A DNA stretch of 64,000 bases, taken from positions 62,498,001-62,562,000 of the forward strand of contig CM052816.1 of assembly GCA_028534125.1 (NCBI GenBank). Direction: 5' to 3'. The notes beneath the pieces were generated by a model. That model was not told the DNA's origin and searched no databases. It saw only the letters and a list, made by a program, of their open reading frames with translations. Positions 62,277-64,000 of the stretch are shown one piece after another. Position 1 is the first letter of the stretch. Every line of letters starts with the position of its first letter. The position numbers and the translations under genes are program-made. This stretch comes from Lama glama. Lineage: Eukaryota.

Positions 62277-62756
62277 TGTTGACTGAAATAAATGCGCAGC
62301 TTAAAAGTTAAAAGAGTTATGTTTTATTTGGCGGGAGGGCTCAAGCCAGGATGACAGCCTCTCAGATCGCTCGGAGGGACTACTCCGAAGAGGCAGGGGA
62401 GGAGCTAGGATATATAGGAGCTCTACAACAAAGACCAGGTAGTTGGAACAATAAAAGATTACTTGTTATCTGAAGAAAACCAGGCACCTCAAGTTAAAGA
62501 ATTTAGTGCTTTTCTATGTATGGGAGGAAGTAAACATTTGGGCTCACTGAATCCATTCCTTTGACAAGCACCTAGCTATCTAGGGTCAGTATCCTGTCCT
62601 TTCTTATTCTGAGTCCGCTCAGAGTGCACCATTGTGCACTGCAGGCCCTACACCACTGGGGGGGTGGCGGCAGCCACTGATGACTTGGTTTCAGCATTCT
62701 TTATTTACTCATATTGTTGCAGTATTTTAACTCACATTGGAGTATTTTCGTTCACA
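62277..62756 (-). mobile_element. ERV1 (MER41-like) solo LTR with perfect 4-bp TSD
   Basis: tgttgactg...gttcaca flanked by aacc (62273-62276 and 62757-62760); minus-strand AATAAA (tttatt at about 62324). Confidence 0.85.
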
Positions 62757-64000
62757 AACCTTTCAATGTGCTTTATTTTTAGTTTAGTAATTCCACTTTT
62801 AGGAAATCCTTCTGTGAAAATAAACAGACCACTGATCAAGGATGCATTTATGGAGAGATTTATTCTAGCATTGTTAATATTGCAGAAGAACTAGATAGAG
62901 GTCAAATGTTCAATGATAAGGGTTTGGGTGAATTCATTATGATAATCCACACAATGGAATACTAAGGAGTAATTGAAAATGAACATACAGGCACATAGGC
63001 ATTGTTTTTGGATGGTGTTAGCAATATACTGTTAATGAGAAAAACAAGCTACAAAATACTTATATGTGAAGAAATATTTATGAATATGAATTTTAAAAAG
63101 TCTTGAATACATATGTATATGCTAACAATGCTTATCTTTTTGTGGTAGGACTAAAGATGATTAAAAATTTCTCTCTGTCATGAATTTTCATAATGTAGGA
63201 TGTAAAAAATGAAACAATTAATTAGTGATAGGAAGTACTTTATAGCCATAGAAAATTGTATTGTGTTTGTTATAACTTTAGAGACTCTGAAGCAAATATC
63301 TTTTGCCATGTGGGATGCATTTCATATGTATAATCCATTAAAATTTATTTCCATAATATGTTGATTGTGGAGGCAAGAGTACACACAAGAAACAATTAGA
63401 TGGAATGAAATGAAAATAAATAACACAATGTAAGTGACATTAAGTGATACATTTTGCATCAGGAGATCAGTGCAGAGAGAATTCAAAGGGACCCAAGGAG
63501 TGAGCTCATCTGTCCTTTGCATGAAGTGAAGTGACTGTGGCTTTTAAGTCTGGCAGGAGTGGATTCAGCGGATAAGAGAAGGAGTTGCTTGGATGCAGAA
63601 ATTAATGACTTTTGAGGGGAGAAGTAAAGCAGTTGGTATAATTAGACCCTGATTGCATATTTGAAAGTATTAAGGTATAAGGTTAGATGTATGGTAAGCT
63701 GGGAAGAAGAATTCATAAATTTCATTATGAATCCATAATTTGCAATGGAATTGCTGTCAGGAAATTATGATGACCTCTTGAACAGGAGAGAAGGGAGATA
63801 AAGGTGTCATTTTTTAGTAAAGTTATTCTGTGCAGGAGAGATTAAGTGAAGAGGCTGTTGACCGGGAAAGCAGTGGCAAATGTACTGGCCAGCTCTAGAT
63901 CAGGGTTTGTCAGGCTGATGCCTATGAGACCATTCAAGGAAACATCAGCAGTACTTAATACACGGAAGAGGGGAGACCAAAATGAATCCCATGTTTCCAA

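Larger units (their letters stand above)
61745..63230 (+). mobile_element. Old L1 (L1ME-like) 3' region, host of two LTR insertions
   Basis: aattggcacaagtttttctgaagag...gtaattccacttttagga...tccacacaatggaatacta. Confidence 0.7.

Noticed and set aside
62277..62756. Interferon-inducible GAS motifs as in some MER41 LTRs
   Set aside because: No canonical TTCNNNGAA noticed in this copy.

Overview
Mammalian genomic DNA, mostly intergenic and repeat-rich. It holds one protein-coding gene, the single-coding-exon serotonin receptor 1A gene HTR1A (47557-48825, +, 422 aa), inside a CpG island. Upstream of the gene is a recognisable repressor cassette (tandem DRE repeats plus a REST/RE1 site, about 46029-46103) and the apparent ortholog of the human C(-1019)G palindrome. 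The rest consists of L1, L2, MIR, MaLR/ERV LTR and hAT (MER5/MER20) remnants, a retrotransposed U6 pseudogene with target-site duplication (TSD), microsatellites and a 500-N gap. I saw no Alu, B1/B2, BovB/Bov-tA or PRE1. The young L1 3' tails resemble camelid L1s as I recall them, so the source is probably a camelid cetartiodactyl (inference). I did not find a convincing new multi-gene system. The best leads are: an L1 whose 5'UTR is joined directly to its 3' end between candidate TSDs; a perfect 27-bp fold-back inside an old L1; two solo LTRs about 12 bp apart; CTCF-like motifs within the HTR1A DRE; loss of the DEAF1 core at the -1019 ortholog; and G22R/S374R changes in the receptor. Repeat family names and boundaries were assigned by eye from remembered consensus sequences and are approximate.
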